Shown here one piece after another: positions 1 through 14,777 of a stretch of 64,000 bases of DNA (its first letter is position 1; each line of letters opens with the position of its first letter). Source of the stretch: the human T2T-CHM13v2.0 reference genome, Homo sapiens. The stretch is from assembly GCF_009914755.1 (NCBI RefSeq), contig NC_060926.1, one strand, 5' to 3'. A model generated the notes under the pieces. It did no database searches. It saw only the letters and a list, made by a program, of their open reading frames with translations, and was not told where the DNA came from. A program made the translations under genes and the position numbers.

Positions 1-727
1 CAGGTATAAGCCACCGCACCCAGCTTCTTTCTGTATTTTGAAATTCCACATATTTTTGTCCACTTTGCTTTTTAAAATAAAAGATTCTGCTCTCCTACAT
101 AAAAAACAAAACAAAACAAATAACTCCCCCCACATACACACACAAAAAAACCATGAGGGACACAGTCCCATCAACACACAAGGCACCTTTATTGCCATCC
201 TCGGCACCTGGCCCAGTTGCGGCTGTGCCCTTTTTGACTGTCCGTCTAGAACACCAACTCTACAAGGGCAGAGGACCAGGTGCACCTCGGCTCACACCCT
301 ACGAATGCTCAGCTCGAGCCCAGTGCCTGGCACGCAAGGGCACCATGCACACTTGGTGAAATAACTGAATGAGTACAAATTCAGCAGGTAGAAGGGAAGA
401 AAAGAGAAACTATCTATGGTGGTGGGAGAGTGGGGGCTGATGCAGGAGATGTATTTTTAAGGGGGATACCCACCATTTTCTTACTCTAACAATTTGACTG
501 CATAACACTGCCCCACGTGCACAGCAAAAAGATCCCGTTACTGCCCATGATAGAACCTGTATGTCCCTGCTTCGTAAGTACTCTAAATACTCCTCTGCAG
601 TTCAAGGTCAAACTGGAAAGTCAACACGAGTGTCTGGAACCAAGTCAATGTGAACAGGGGGTCAGAGGAACGTGCACAAGGCTTGAAGCTAGACTGGCTC
701 ACGCATGAGAAAGGAGTGCCTCCTGAC

Positions 728-902
728 CTGGCATGATGGTCTTCTTGCATTCCTGGCACTTGGATGAGTACTCGTTGGAATAGCAGTCTGTACAGAGCAG
801 CTGGTCCTCCTTGGCAGCAAAGGGCTTGTCCACCAGTGAGTTTCTGCACTGCGAGCAGTGGAAACAGGCTTCATGCCAGTGCCGGTCCTTGTAAGACAAG
901 TC
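728..902 (-). CDS. FHL2: FHL2 coding exon (175 nt): rest of LIM1 and start of LIM2
   Basis: Translates DLSYKDRHWHEACFHCSQCRNSLVDKPFAAKEDQLLCTDCYSNEYSSKCQECKKTIMP(G), with LIM Cys/His spacing. Minus-strand acceptor CCCCACAG|GAC at 903/902 and donor CCAG|GTCAGG at 728/727. Phase 0 joins the upstream coding exon. Confidence 0.98.
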
Positions 903-2302
903 CTGTGGGGCCAGACCACACAAGACAGTCAGAGGCAGGACAGGAGGGCTTGGACCCACAGCATAGGGGCCCCTTGCGAATCTGCAGGGCAAACAAGGAA
1001 AGAAGTTGGGCCGAGGCACCCTGGCGCACCCACATTCATGCCCCAGGACCACCTAACTGCTGAAATCAATTAAGACTAGGCTGCTTTTCTCTTGCTGCAT
1101 TTTAGAGCAACAGGTTAGACAGATGTGCATGTATGCACATGTCTGTGTGTGAGAGATGCTTCTAAAAAACAAAGGGATTTCCCTTATGTATTGCCTGCAA
1201 GAAAGAGAAACAGAAAACATGAACACCTATCAATTCGTCTCACACCACATCCGGTGACAGAGAAACAGACTGCAGGACATCCTTGGCTGAGGGAGCCCTG
1301 CCCAACTCAGATCACTGTGGTCACCGGCATGGCAGAGAGGCTCTGGGTGTCGGGATGTTCACAGGAGGCCCAAGGACTGTTTGGTGGGAGACGGTCAGGA
1401 GAGACTGTGTGTGTGGGTGCTACCTCTGTGGGTGGCCGTGAGCTGGGGGAGGAAGGGAATTTCAGGCAGAGAAAGAGCACAGACACAGAAGATCTGGGGA
1501 CGGGGGGCATGTCAGATTGGAGGGACCACAGGCCAGGGGCGAGGTGGGAGGGCCCCCCGGCCTGGCTGGACTGGAAGATATGGCTGCCTTTTTGCCTTTT
1601 ATGTCTGTGTAGAGATTCCATTGATCCTGAAGGCAGTGGACAGCTGCTTTTCAACAGGAGAGTGAAGTGCTCAGACTGGGGGACGGGTAAGGATGTGGGA
1701 GTGGAGGGGCGTGAGGGTGGGAGAAGTGAGACAAAAACTGAGCACACATGGGAGAGGCCCTGAGAAGACAGACGTGTGCTTTTGAGTAAAAGATGAGGGA
1801 GAGAAAGGAGCCCCGCAGAAAACTCGACTCCACACTTGGCTTCATCTTGCCTGAGGAATAAGAGAACCCTCCATATTTGCCTTTTAAAAATGACATACGG
1901 CATTTTTAAAGTGCCAACACAAAATTAAAATAACAATCTCTTTATGCCCAGCTTTATCTTAGAAAGGATATGTTTCTATTGCTGTCTTTGTGTTCCCAGC
2001 TCTGACCCCAAATCATCATCCATTTATACATGAGGCAGAAACAGAGTATTAGGCTCTGCACGGTTTCCTGGGCAGGCTTCCAGTTGGTAGGTATCCTGAA
2101 CAGGGCACAGGAGGGCTGTTCACGCGATGGCCCTGAAGAAGAGCCTGCCCACGATGTCTCTGTTACTGAAACCGAAGTCGAAGCTGGAGTTATGCTGAAT
2201 GTAGGATGTGAAGACATGGATCTTGGCCTTGATTAGAAAGTCCTAAAACACCAGCTAACTCGGAACCAAAACTAGAACAAACAGTTCTCTTTTGCTGAAG
2301 TA

Positions 2303-2360
2303 TGTGTGTGTGTGTGTGTGTGTGTGCGCGTGCGTGTGCACATGTGTGCATGTATGTGTG
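2303..2360. repeat. (TG)n/(CG) microsatellite
   Basis: Alternating purine-pyrimidine run seen directly. Confidence 0.9.
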
Positions 2361-2588
2361 TTTTCCCGGAACCTGGAACCAAACTAGTTATTTGATTTAG
2401 TGATCTCTTTGCGCATTTTGTTTTAGTTCAAGGAATTTTAAAAATGTGAACGCTGAGACACTTTGAAGACAGTCATGACTATGGCCTTTGTGAGGGGTGA
2501 CCTCTTGTGCTATCCCTGTTGGAAGTTTGCTTCCTAGAACATCTGGGAATAGGATTATTGCTGACGCAAGACGATAAAGAATGAAGGA

Positions 2589-2785
2589 GAGGTCAGGAGT
2601 TCAAGACAAGCCTGGCCAACATGGCGAAACCCTATCTCCACTAAAAATACAAACATTAGCCGGGCGTGGTGGTGCATGCCTTTAGTCCCAGCTACTTGGG
2701 AAGCTGAGGCAGGAGAATCGCTTGAACCTGGGAGGTGGAGGTTGCACAGCCTTGGTGACAGAAGGAGACTCAGTCTCAAAACAAA
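2589..2785 (+). mobile_element. Alu, 5'-truncated with internal deletion
   Basis: GAGGTCAGGAGTTCAAGAC...GAGACTCAGTCTCAAAA; AATGAAGG on both flanks. Confidence 0.9.
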
Positions 2786-3761
2786 AGGAATGAAGGTGAG
2801 AGGAGCATAGAGTGCTCTCAAAGCTGGACTAAATGCCCTTGTTTCTGCGGAATTCATTCTCACCTGAGCCCAGCACCTCTGGGTATTGTGGGTCCCCTGG
2901 GGTAGGCACTGCCTGTCAGGGGGACTCGGGGGCAGGTTGCTGAAATGCCCAAGCCCTCTTCATCCTTGAGAACCCAAACTGGGTATGCACTGGGAGTTGG
3001 GGGCAGAGGGCTAACCTGTCTTTTGTATTTTTAGCTTAAAGTATTTTCAGAAATCTGAGGGGAACATCACCTGTGCTTTATTGGTTATTTTGACAAGTGA
3101 AATAGAGGACAAACTGCTTTGATTTGAGTTGATGTCTACACATGTGAACTCATGAGAAACAGCAAAGCCCACAATCCACATGGACATCATCATCGTTCGG
3201 GAACAGGCATGGTCTCCATTCTTTCCATGCACACGCCCCGGCTTCAAAAAGACATCTGAAACACTAGTGATGACCATCATTACCCCATCTGTGAGCTCCA
3301 GGCACGGCACAGCCCTGCAAGGTAAATGTTATTACTGAAGGTCAGAGAAGTTCCGTAACTTGCCCAGTCACATACCTGGCACGGAGCTAAGCCAAGCTTC
3401 GAGCTCAAGTCCTCCTGATGCGAAAGTTATTTCCACTGAACCAGCCCAGGCAAAATCCTGGTCGGGTCTGTGTTACTCTTTGCTTTCAAAACAGATAGCC
3501 TTGAGGAGATGTGTGTGTGTGTTCATTTAAAAAAATCCAGAAACGACCAAACTCTGGCAACTTTCTAGAACATATTTTGTACCTAAATGAATGTGGCTCA
3601 GTATTGCCTTTGTTTAGACTTTGAATAAAATTGAACAAATCATTAGAAGCCCTATCCACCCAAAACAGTAATCTGCCTAATTTAAGAAGAGATGGAGATT
3701 TTATTCATGTTATCACTGTTAGAATGCTGATTGTGGAAGAAATGCATTAAGAATAAATTTT

Positions 3762-4506
3762 GTGTGGAAAACACCATGGCTGATATTAAAAGTAGAATTA
3801 CCATATGATTCAGCAATTGTACTTTTGGATATATACCCAAAAGAATTAAAAGTAAGGTCTCGAAGATATATTTGTACATCCACGTTCATTGAAGAATTAT
3901 TCACCATAGCCAAAAGGTGGGAGCAAGCCAGATGTCTATCAATAGGTGAAGGGGTAAACAAAATGTGGTCTGTGCATACAATGGAATTTTATTCAGCCTT
4001 AGAAAGGAAAGGAATTCTGACTCATGCTACAGCATGGATGAATCTTGAGGACATGACGTTAAGTGAAACGACAAATCGGTCACAAAAGGACAAATACTGC
4101 ATGATCTCACACATGTGAGATACTTAGGGAAGTCACATTCATGGAGACAGAAAGTAGAAGAGTGGTTGCCAGGGGCTGGGATGAGAGGGGAATGGGAGTG
4201 AGAATGTGTTCTGTAACCCATTCATGCCTGAGGTTGCAATTTTTTGAATTTCTGCAATCAGACCTTGGCGATGATCTTGAGCAGTAAGATATACATAACT
4301 CCCACATGCTTAGCATTCCACTAATGGAATACTAGGCGTAAATGGGCTTGATGGGGGTAGTATTTCAGATTTGCAAGAAGCAAAAGCTCTGGGGATTGGT
4401 TGCACAGCCATCTGAATGCACTTACTACTGAACAGTACTCTTAACAGTGGTTAAGAAGGTAAGTGTGATGTTCTGTGTATTTTACCATAATTAAAAGAAT
4501 AAAAAA
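3762..4506 (+). mobile_element. L1M (L1MB-like) 3' end, interrupted by MER85
   Basis: ORF2 C-terminus-like peptide ELPYDSAIVLLDIYPKE followed by an old L1 3' UTR. Confidence 0.85.
4217..4346 (-). mobile_element. MER85 piggyBac (PGBD3-derived) MITE
   Basis: Terminal inverted repeats CCCATTCATGCCT...AGGCGTAAATGGG; interior matches the recalled MER85 consensus; TTAA target sites degraded. Confidence 0.88.
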
Positions 4507-4515
4507 GTAAGTTTT

Positions 4516-4815
4516 GGCCAGGCGAGGTGGCTCACGCCTGTAATCCCAGCACTTTGGGAGGCCGAGGCAGGCGGATCACCTGAGGTCATGAGTTCGAGAC
4601 CAGCCTGGCCAACATGGTTAAACCCCATCTCTACTAAAAATACAAAAATTAGCCAGGCGTGGTGGTGCATGCCTGTAATCCCAGCTACTCAGGAGGCTGA
4701 GGCAGGAGAATCTTGAACCCGGGAGGTGGAGGGTGGAGGTTGCAGTGAGCCAAGATCGCACCATTGCACTCCAGCCTGGGCAACAAGAGTGAAACTGTCT
4801 CCAAAAGAAAAAAAA
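4516..4815 (+). mobile_element. AluS, full length
   Basis: Dimeric Alu with TSD AAAAAAGTAAGTTTT. Confidence 0.95.
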
Positions 4816-7535
4816 GTAAGTTTTGATTGTTATGTAGCAGGTAAAAAACACCGTTTCAGAAGTTACCTCTGTCCCCCTGTGCAGGCGAGCCACCTCATAG
4901 AGGACTGCTCGTTTGGGGAAAAGCTGCAGAATGTTTTCCATGACCCAAGAGTCACTGTCTGGCTGGGACAAGAGACCTGAAGGAGTAGGCGCCAGGGAGA
5001 GGGGAGGAGATCCTTGGCCTCTCTCTGGGAAGATAGTTGCTTTTTACATGGTGGCTGCCCTGCCCAGGGAGGAGGCATTACGCCCAGAGGGGTGGCAAGT
5101 TATCAGTGACAAGAGAGGGAAGAGAAATACAATTTCTAGAAAATTTGCCTTTTGGGACTGACCTTCAAGAAAAACTGAGAGAGAAATCTCCAAGGTCAAC
5201 AGGAAAGCAAAGCCACTAGATGTCACCACAGCCAGTGCTCCGGTCATTAAGTCCCCAGATGGAGGAAAGAGCACATCAGCATGCCTGCACAGACATGGAA
5301 AAGCTGGCTAAGACATGCACATGGGTCCAAGGCACTGCAGAATTCCATTTTTCCTACAGTTAATATTTATGGCACAAAAATGCAATAGCTACAGTTTAAG
5401 ACTGATTCATTGACACGTGACACTTGAAACTGTCCCTCTAAATGTGGATATTATCCACATGTTACTGGACTAAGCATCCATGCAAGACTTGGAGACCTTC
5501 TGCAGGCGCAGCCTGTCCCCCCACACCCTGCTCTATTGGATCCCACCTCGCAAGGTGAAGGCCGCATTCTCTCAGGACAACCTGGTCTGCTATATCCCCT
5601 GGGAACCATTTCGCCTTGGCTCCTGCCAGATGCTGCCCTTTCCCTTCAGGCTGGTGTAGAGTGGACACCTGAAAGTGCTCCCCATCCCATTCGGGTTGGG
5701 GCATGCAGAGATCCAGGTTTTGTCCTAAGAAACAAAAGACAGAGTGCCTTCCACAAAGTGCCTTTGCCTGCCCAGGGCTGCGTTATCTCGGCATCATTCC
5801 CTGGGGCCATCTGCACTCAGCTCCGCAACGTTTCTCTCAGCCTACCTTTATGACTGCACACACAAGCATTCCTGAGTGAATATGCGTGCAGCAGTTCCTA
5901 ATTCTAAAACCTTCTAAAGGAAACTCTTTTCCCTGAAGATAAATATTAACCTATGCTCACGTTCTTAAGTTTTGTGGTGTACAATAACTAAAAATACTCT
6001 GTAAACAAGCTTGCATCATTGTTGTTGGTGGGTCCTCAGTGGGAACAGAACTGGCCCACCTCCCTGCTGCAGTACAGGGTGGTGGGCTTCCTGGGCCAGA
6101 AATGCCTGAATGCCTGCTGCATGCAAGCAGGATGGGAGAGCATGAGGTCCCACAGTCCACATCTCTTGTATCACTGTGGGTCAAGCGCCCGCCCCTCTGG
6201 GATCCCAGGAGCACGTGATTAAATTGCTTGGTTATTTCACCCTAGGGGTTCAATTCAAGGGCCCAAATGCCAGATTGACTAAACTTAAATCCTGGCTCTG
6301 CCCTATGCCACGTACATCACCATTGGGAAGTAATTGAACCTCTCTTGCCAGATTTCTGACCTGTACAGCAGGAATAATGGACCCACTACTGGCTGTAACA
6401 AGCATGTATAACAGTTGCTGGTATGTATTACAATTGCTCAATGGATGTTAGTATAAGTCATTATTTAGACCACAGCTAATAATGAGAAGAGTTGCCTCAA
6501 TGTGTCACTTGCTGAACCTACATTTCCTTATGAAGACAGTCCTATCAATGAGAATATCTGCCACCTTAAAGCTCCACGTTGGTAACTCTACCACTCTACT
6601 TTTGTAGGTGCTTTTTCATTTTAAATCTAAAATTCTTTTTCTTAATTCTTCATACCTATTTTGAGCCATACAATAACTCTATGAAATAAAGTTTTATTCT
6701 TATAGATGAGCAGATTCAATGTAACGACACCAAAAAGTGTTTTCTCCAACATTCCCACTGCCCTTCCACCTGAAATGATCCGACAAAACTAAACTGTGCT
6801 CCTGTTTTTTACCTGGCACGTCAGCCCCTTTGCAGATTGACCCCAACTCGCTTTCCAACCTGACCCTCTGCTCTGGTCCCCTCTTCCTCATCTCCATGCC
6901 TTTGACCATACTCTGTCCCTGGCCTTTGAATGCCCTTTCCCTTCTCCCCAAAAGGCCAAATCCCACTTGGCTGCAAGTCCCAGCTGAAATCTCATCTGTT
7001 CTGCAAAGCTTCCTTGGCCAGGGCAATGCTGGCTTCAGGGAAGCCATGTGCCACGCCGGCGACCTAGTTTGTATGTCTCCTTCCAAATCCTATTTGGAAA
7101 CTCGTAGGTAACTAATTATGCCACGGGGTTTCCCTGTCACTCTCTGAATGGGGCGCCCAGTTTGTGTTGTCTTTAGAAGTCTGAGTCAAGTTAATAAATT
7201 CATGTCACTGCTTCCTCCTGGACTCGCTTCTTAAGAAAGTTCACAATAAGGAGGAAGTGAGGAAAGACTTTATGATAAGAGGAAGGTAACTCAATACTGC
7301 CAGGTTTGATTGTTTTAGAGATCTTGGCCAACATGGTATTCTCTGAGTCTCAGCAGGAGGGAAGATTTTAGCCACACGATTCCCTAGAGCTTAGAGGTAG
7401 ACTAGAAAATGCCACCAAAAGGCCTAGAAGCGAGATTGTCATTGATTAGACCCGGGTGCCTGAGCCTGTGCTTCCTATCACACTCTGAATCTTTACCTGT
7501 GAAGACCTAGTGCCAAGTGACCCTTTTCTTTTCTT

Positions 7536-7699
<164 letters not shown>

Positions 7700-10020
7700 T
7701 GACTCTTTCCAAACAGAAAAGCTCCAAACCGATTTTTAGTTTCAGTTATTAGCACCATGCCGGTAGCTTAATTTTGCTATTTCATTAGTACTCCATTGTG
7801 AACAGCAAACATGAGTGTAACAGAGATAGCACTTCGATGCTGAGAGGAACAGGGTAAGAAATATGGACACCTTGACAGACTTGCTCAAGAACTTTAAGAT
7901 GGAAATATCCGGTTTTAAATTCCTCTAGAGAGAAATTGAAAACAAAAAGAAAGAAAAAAAAAGTCTTTTATACTTCCCAGAAAAAAATACCAAGGCTAAT
8001 CTTGTGCTCACAGAAATGTCATACATTGCAGTAAAATGTTGATAAACATGTACGATTAGGCCCACACACTTCCTTTCTGGTTTTGTATTTTTCCATTGCA
8101 GAAACATTCCTAACATGGGCTGTGCCTGTTGCTTGGCTCCGAATGTGTCCTTTTTGAGACTTTAGCTGAGCTTTAGTGGCAAGTGGCCTGGAGGGAGCCC
8201 TGGACCCCTCAGTTAATGGAAGGTGGCTCTGGGTGGCAGGGTCACCCAGACTGAAACGTCTGGCTCTCATCCTCCCTCCTTCGCACCCCATTCCACCAGG
8301 GCTGGCACCAACCATTCTTCAGATCCATACGATTTCACTTCAGACATGGATTCTCATGTCATTCATGCTCAGCGTTATGAAAAGATATTTTCTGCTTGAG
8401 ATCATCAGGTTTCCAACTGTACATTCTTTCAAATCCTTACAAATAAAGATGCAGAAAAATGGACAACAGCAGAAATGACAGCACTGTGTTGGCATGTCAC
8501 AGGTGCTCCCTAGACGTTAACTCACTCAATTACCCCGACAGTCCCGTGAGCTAGGAACCCCAGTGTATAGACATGGAAACGGAGGCTTATAGGTGGCAGG
8601 ACTTGTCCCCTTCGCGCAGCTTGTCAAAGGTGGAGCCAGGGAGATTTGGTTCCGGGGTCCAGCCTCGGTGCATGCGAGGTCACTGCTGAGCGCTGTGCAC
8701 CTCTGCTGCTATGTCTTGTGGCTGAACTTTTGGTTTTATGCACTGACAGGCCAAGTTCGTGCACTGACAGGCCCTTCTCATGAAATCCATCCAGACAGCT
8801 TTGCTTCTGATCCTAGGACCCTGCTTGATTAAATTCCCTTCACAGACAGATTTTTGTCTTTTAGGAGGAAATCCAAATAAATACGCGTTTTCAGTGCTCG
8901 TTACAAACTCTGTGGACAAATTCTACACGGAAGAAGATCCAAGAAGGTAATTTGCTCATTGAGAACTTAAAAACCACCCCAACAAATAAAAAAGCACCAG
9001 GTTGGCAGGCTGGACCCTGAGAATGTGACTGGAGTAGGCGCTCTTCCCAGAAAAGGGTCCAGAAAGACCAGCGAGGGAGGCCTGTGTTACACCGAGGACA
9101 GAAGGGTGGGTTTTTCAAACCTGACCTTACACCTTTCACTAGGCTTGGTCAGAAACCTTCCAAAATATACTAGGGGCATCTAGATTTAACCTGTATGTGT
9201 GAAAACCTTCGTCTCCTATTTCAGAGCCCTGCCAGGTTGCTTTCTGCCAAAATATCACTGAACATTTCTGTCCATTACCAAACATTAACTGAGACTTTTA
9301 CAGCCAATTTGATCATCACTTCAATGTTTCCTATTAGCTACAAAAGCTGGAAAGAGAGTTTGTGAAACAACTTGAGCCTCAATTCTGCAATGTAATCATC
9401 ACCATCTAAAGGGGCCCATGAGAAGAGTAGGGGCCTCTGACTGAAGGTCACTTGATTGAGGCCAGGTGGTCACCATCTCTTACTCATAAGGACTGACCAC
9501 ATCTGGCCCGAGAGTCACATAGACAGGGTCCTGCCCGAGGCTGCAGGTAGCAGGTGGCATCGCATGCTAGGTGAGGACCCTCCGGGTCTGGGCTCAAATT
9601 GTACCTCGGATACTTCCTAATCCCTTTAACCCTTGGCAAGATCCTCATCCTCTCTAGGCCTCAGCGGCTACTCCATAAAATGGAATGAAAAAAGTTCCTA
9701 CCTATAGGGTGTTAGGAGAAATTTAGATCATGCAGTTTAGGCATTTACAAGTGCCTGGAACAAGTCATCAGGCAATACACAGTGGTTTCAAAGACTACCA
9801 CTAGAAACTAAACCCTGAATGCTAGTTTCTGATCTGCAGATCTTTTGTTCTTGTTTATTATTTTTTTTTTCTCTTTGTAGCACCCTCCAAGCACATGGGT
9901 GGGTATGGTGGCCAGTCCAATTTCATGGCATTGCTTGCAGACCCATGGAACATTCAAAGTCTAGGTTACGTGTGTCGCCCAGGGCTTAAAATCACCAATT
10001 TGTTAAATGCACAGTATTAG

Positions 10021-10380
<360 letters not shown>

Positions 10381-11594
10381 TGAAGCCCAGAACGTAGGCA
10401 GATCCCCCAAAAACTCTGTAATCAGTCTACGAAAATATTTTGTTAATGCTAACAGGTATCCAAGAAAAGGTTCAGGAAGCATGTAATGTCAGAGGATCAT
10501 AAAATTGTATTAGCATTGTCTATTCTCCACTATTACACTGGCCATACAAATCAATAATCTTTACCCTTTGAGATCACAGCATTTTCCCAGAGTAACTTAA
10601 TAGAAATAAAGATTACAATTCAGTGGCTACATAGAGAGGATGTTCAAACTATATAACAGGCTCTGAAGTCTTGCCTGTCTCATTTAAGTAGGTCAGGACT
10701 CTCAAAATTAGCCTAATTCCCATAGGCATGCCAACATTTAAAACTCACACACATGAACATGTCCTTTAGAGGGAAGTAGCTGAGGCCTGTGGTGGCTGTG
10801 CTATTTTAAGAGAAGAGATTGGCCACCAGACCTAAGAGCACAGTTCCTCTATCAGGTATCTCCCCGCCTGCCAGGATTGTGGGCTTTACTTCCAGAAAAA
10901 AACAGGAACATTTTTTTCTATCATTGCTTCCACTACAAACCCAACTACCCGATTATTTTTGAAAGTCAAGAAAAGCACGCCTAAAGCATCAAAAGCCCCA
11001 AATGCCAAGGTCTCGCTTCAACTCAATGTCTCTTTTTGTTCCAAAATGTACAAAATCATACAGTGTAACCCCACGTATCTCAAAACATTAATCCGGGTTG
11101 AAAAGTTCAGCACAATTCACTCCTGGCTTGACAGCAGCCTTGATGATTTTGGCTCCATTTGGGAGACTCTTGTTTATTTGCTCATAAAACATGCGTGGAA
11201 GGATGACGGCTTTTAAGGGTCTTTCCACTAAATCACTGGAGAAACAGCAAGTGATTTTTGTTTTGTTTTTATTTCAGCCACTGGTCAGGGATGATTAGCC
11301 CCAAATATCCAAAATCTGTCCTTGAAAGTGAGACTTACCTTTTGCCAGATGATATCTGAACCTCTCACCTACGTAAGTATTTCTTTTCCAGCTAAAGCTT
11401 TTATAATTATATTTTTCTCGGGCTATCTACTTCTTCCTCAAACTGGACATTTTTATTGATGTTTCCAAAATGAAAAGCGACAAAGAGAGAGGGTGAAGCT
11501 TCTGAAAGGTGTGTGGAAGGGACGTGTCACGAAAAGAATAAGGAAGTAGTCAGCAGAAAGGTGGCAGTCTGGAGCTTACCCTGTCAGCTGCTAG

Positions 11595-12023
<429 letters not shown>

Positions 12024-13527
12024 TAACTGACCCAAGGCCACACAGCAAGTGAGACACAGAGCCTGGGCTGGAACTGGGCAGTCTGGTGGCTGAGCTCTCA
12101 TGCTTGTCCTGTTAAATACATGAAAAGGGACAGAGAAAAGTCGTCAGGTGCAGTGAGACACGCAGCAGGCAAGACAGGATACAGGAAGATACACAACTTT
12201 TAGAGTAGCCAGATCAGCTATTTTTGCTTATGGTATTTCAAAGGTTTGGCACAATACCACTGTTGAGTTTCGTTTCTTTTACATTCAGCACAGCATCTGC
12301 CCTGAAGCCAAAAGACACAGGGCTGCAGCATTGGTTTAGGGGGCTGGTGCTGTACCTCTTTCGTCTCTGCTCAAGGCAGAGGTCTCTTTCGCTACAAGAT
12401 GGAAACCATCCCTCAACTGTCACTAAATCCCTGGGAACAGAAAGTGATGGTGCAGCCTTCTGATTCCTGTCTTTCCTAAGAATGATGTGATCAGAGAAGG
12501 AAATAGAAGGAACACATGTTGGATGTGCTAGAATGATCCAACTGCATGCATGGCCTAAGTCAATCAGTCAGCGGCAATGTGCTGATATTAACGACCAGGG
12601 AGGAGAGCAGCAAAAATCCCTACAGAGCACAAAGCAACGAGAGCAGAAAAGAGATAGTAAAATGCCATGAACTGACTTGGTGCCCATTCAGTTGGGAATT
12701 CCTTTAGAGATGCCAAAGGAATCCCATTTTGTAGCCAGTTTCACGGCACTCAGGATGACAGCCACATGAGGGGTTTCACTGGAGTGTTTTAGAAGCCGTT
12801 TGCGGGTGAAGGTATCAGAGAGTTCAGAGCTATGGATGGGTCCCCCAGGGTGTCCTTCAGCAATCCAGGTTGGAACAAGAGTCTGCTGAGAAGCGCAGGT
12901 CAGGGTTCACCACCCTCAACCACGGGGCAGTTGGTACAAGTGACCAGTGGTCTTTGCTGAACCACGCTGTGACATACCAGGAGAGCCATGAACACATTTC
13001 CCCATTGAAAGGAAACAATACAAATCCTGTCCTTCTCTCATTAAAGGAAAAGAGCTCACAATCTTCCAAGGACTTTGTGCTTTTATGTGCCCATTTATCC
13101 AGGAACCAACTCTGGTTCTCTCATGTACACATTCATTCATCAAATATTGACTGAGCACAGCACCTGCTCCACGTTACTCACCACGGGGCAAACAGACAAG
13201 AGGAAGAGAGCACCACCCTTAAGAAAGTTCCAGTATTGGTAGGCAGCTGGGTAGTTAGATAAGGGCACTAATTGCTAGAATACAGAAAATGTACTTAGAG
13301 ATACTAAGCACAAAAGTCCTGGCAAGGCCCTCACCCAGTGCTTGTGGGCAGAGATCACATTCGCTAGAGGGAAGAAGCTTCCGAAAGGCTACACGCAGGG
13401 TCCACGCCCCTCAGAGGGGGCTCAAGAGACAGACTTCAGTGGTGGATCAGGGCTTCAGCACAAACCACAGAGAAACCCGTGTTTCCTAGGGGAGCGCCGG
13501 GGACCCGCAGAGGCCCGCAGCAGGTAC

Positions 13528-13683
13528 CTTGCAGTCACAGCCGATGGGCTTCCCACACTCCTCGCAGGTGTTGGCGAACAGGGTCTCAAAGCACACCACG
13601 CAGTAGGGGCTCTCCTCCCGCAGGATGTACTTCTTGCCAAAGAGAGATTCGTTGCAATGGTGGCAGTCAAAGCGCTCAGTCAT
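13528..13683 (-). CDS. FHL2: FHL2 first coding segment (52 codons): N-terminal half-LIM and start of LIM1
   Basis: MTERFDCHHCNESLFGKKYILREESPYCVVCFETLFANTCEECGKPIGCDCK is the recognisable FHL2 N-terminus. ATG at 13683-13681 in context AAAATGA; donor AAG|GTACCT at 13528/13527. Confidence 0.98.
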
Positions 13684-13707
13684 TTTGACTCCTGGCTTTT
13701 CAGCAAC
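13684..13707 (-). other. FHL2: 24-nt 5' UTR part of the FHL2 ATG exon
   Basis: Polypyrimidine tract and acceptor TTTTCTTTTCTTTTTGATAG|GTTGCTG at 13708/13707. Confidence 0.93.
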
Positions 13708-13875
13708 CTATCAAAAAGAAAAGAAAATCCAAGTCCCATTAAGCACTCTCTGAAAGGGGTGCACGCAAAGGCATTAACTGTCCCACTGTCTGTCATCTTT
13801 AGCCGAAAGGTGGCTAATTCCTCTGGATGAATAATTAAAACTCACCCTTTAATCGGTCATAATTTTTAATGATAA

Positions 13876-14231
<356 letters not shown>

Positions 14232-14777
14232 ACATTCCACTTCTTGAAAAGCACAAATTATTTTTTACTGTGTCAGAAAAAGCTATCTCAGTTTTAAATG
14301 CAGGTAAGGGCTGACACCAGAGCCCCCATCCTGTCCGGCTGTGACCCGGCCTTGCATCTTCCCCTTCTCCCTGCCTCCAAAATAGAAAGGCAGGCATAGA
14401 AATAATACGTCCATTTCTATAAAAAGATTTTCCGTGAGCTCCTCTTTATGATTCATGATTTGAATAGGAAGAAATCACAGTGGCAAAAGGGAGGGAGATC
14501 TGACCTGGGAAACCTGAGATTAGATGCAATGAGGGCACTAATACCCTTGACCTGGGAGTGCAAGCTGCCCTTGCACAAGAAAAACTGCCAAAGTCCCTGA
14601 GGATGAATCATTGCTCCCTGCGGGTAAGATCATCCTGCAGCTGCCCAGGTACCCTGAGAGCAGGATAAATGGAAAGACTCACTTCCCAAAACAATGATAT
14701 CAAATAGTCAGAAATGCAGTGGCTGCAGTCAGTGGCTCTCTGGGCAACACCTCAAGCCCTTCCAACAGGAACAGGAC

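Noticed and set aside
1125-1903. Overlapping 212-aa (+) and 198-aa (-) ORFs
   Set aside because: No recognisable domain, intronic, compositionally biased sequence; consistent with chance ORFs.
13342-13830. 162-aa ORF antisense to the FHL2 ATG exon
   Set aside because: Shadow ORF of a real coding exon; no independent support.
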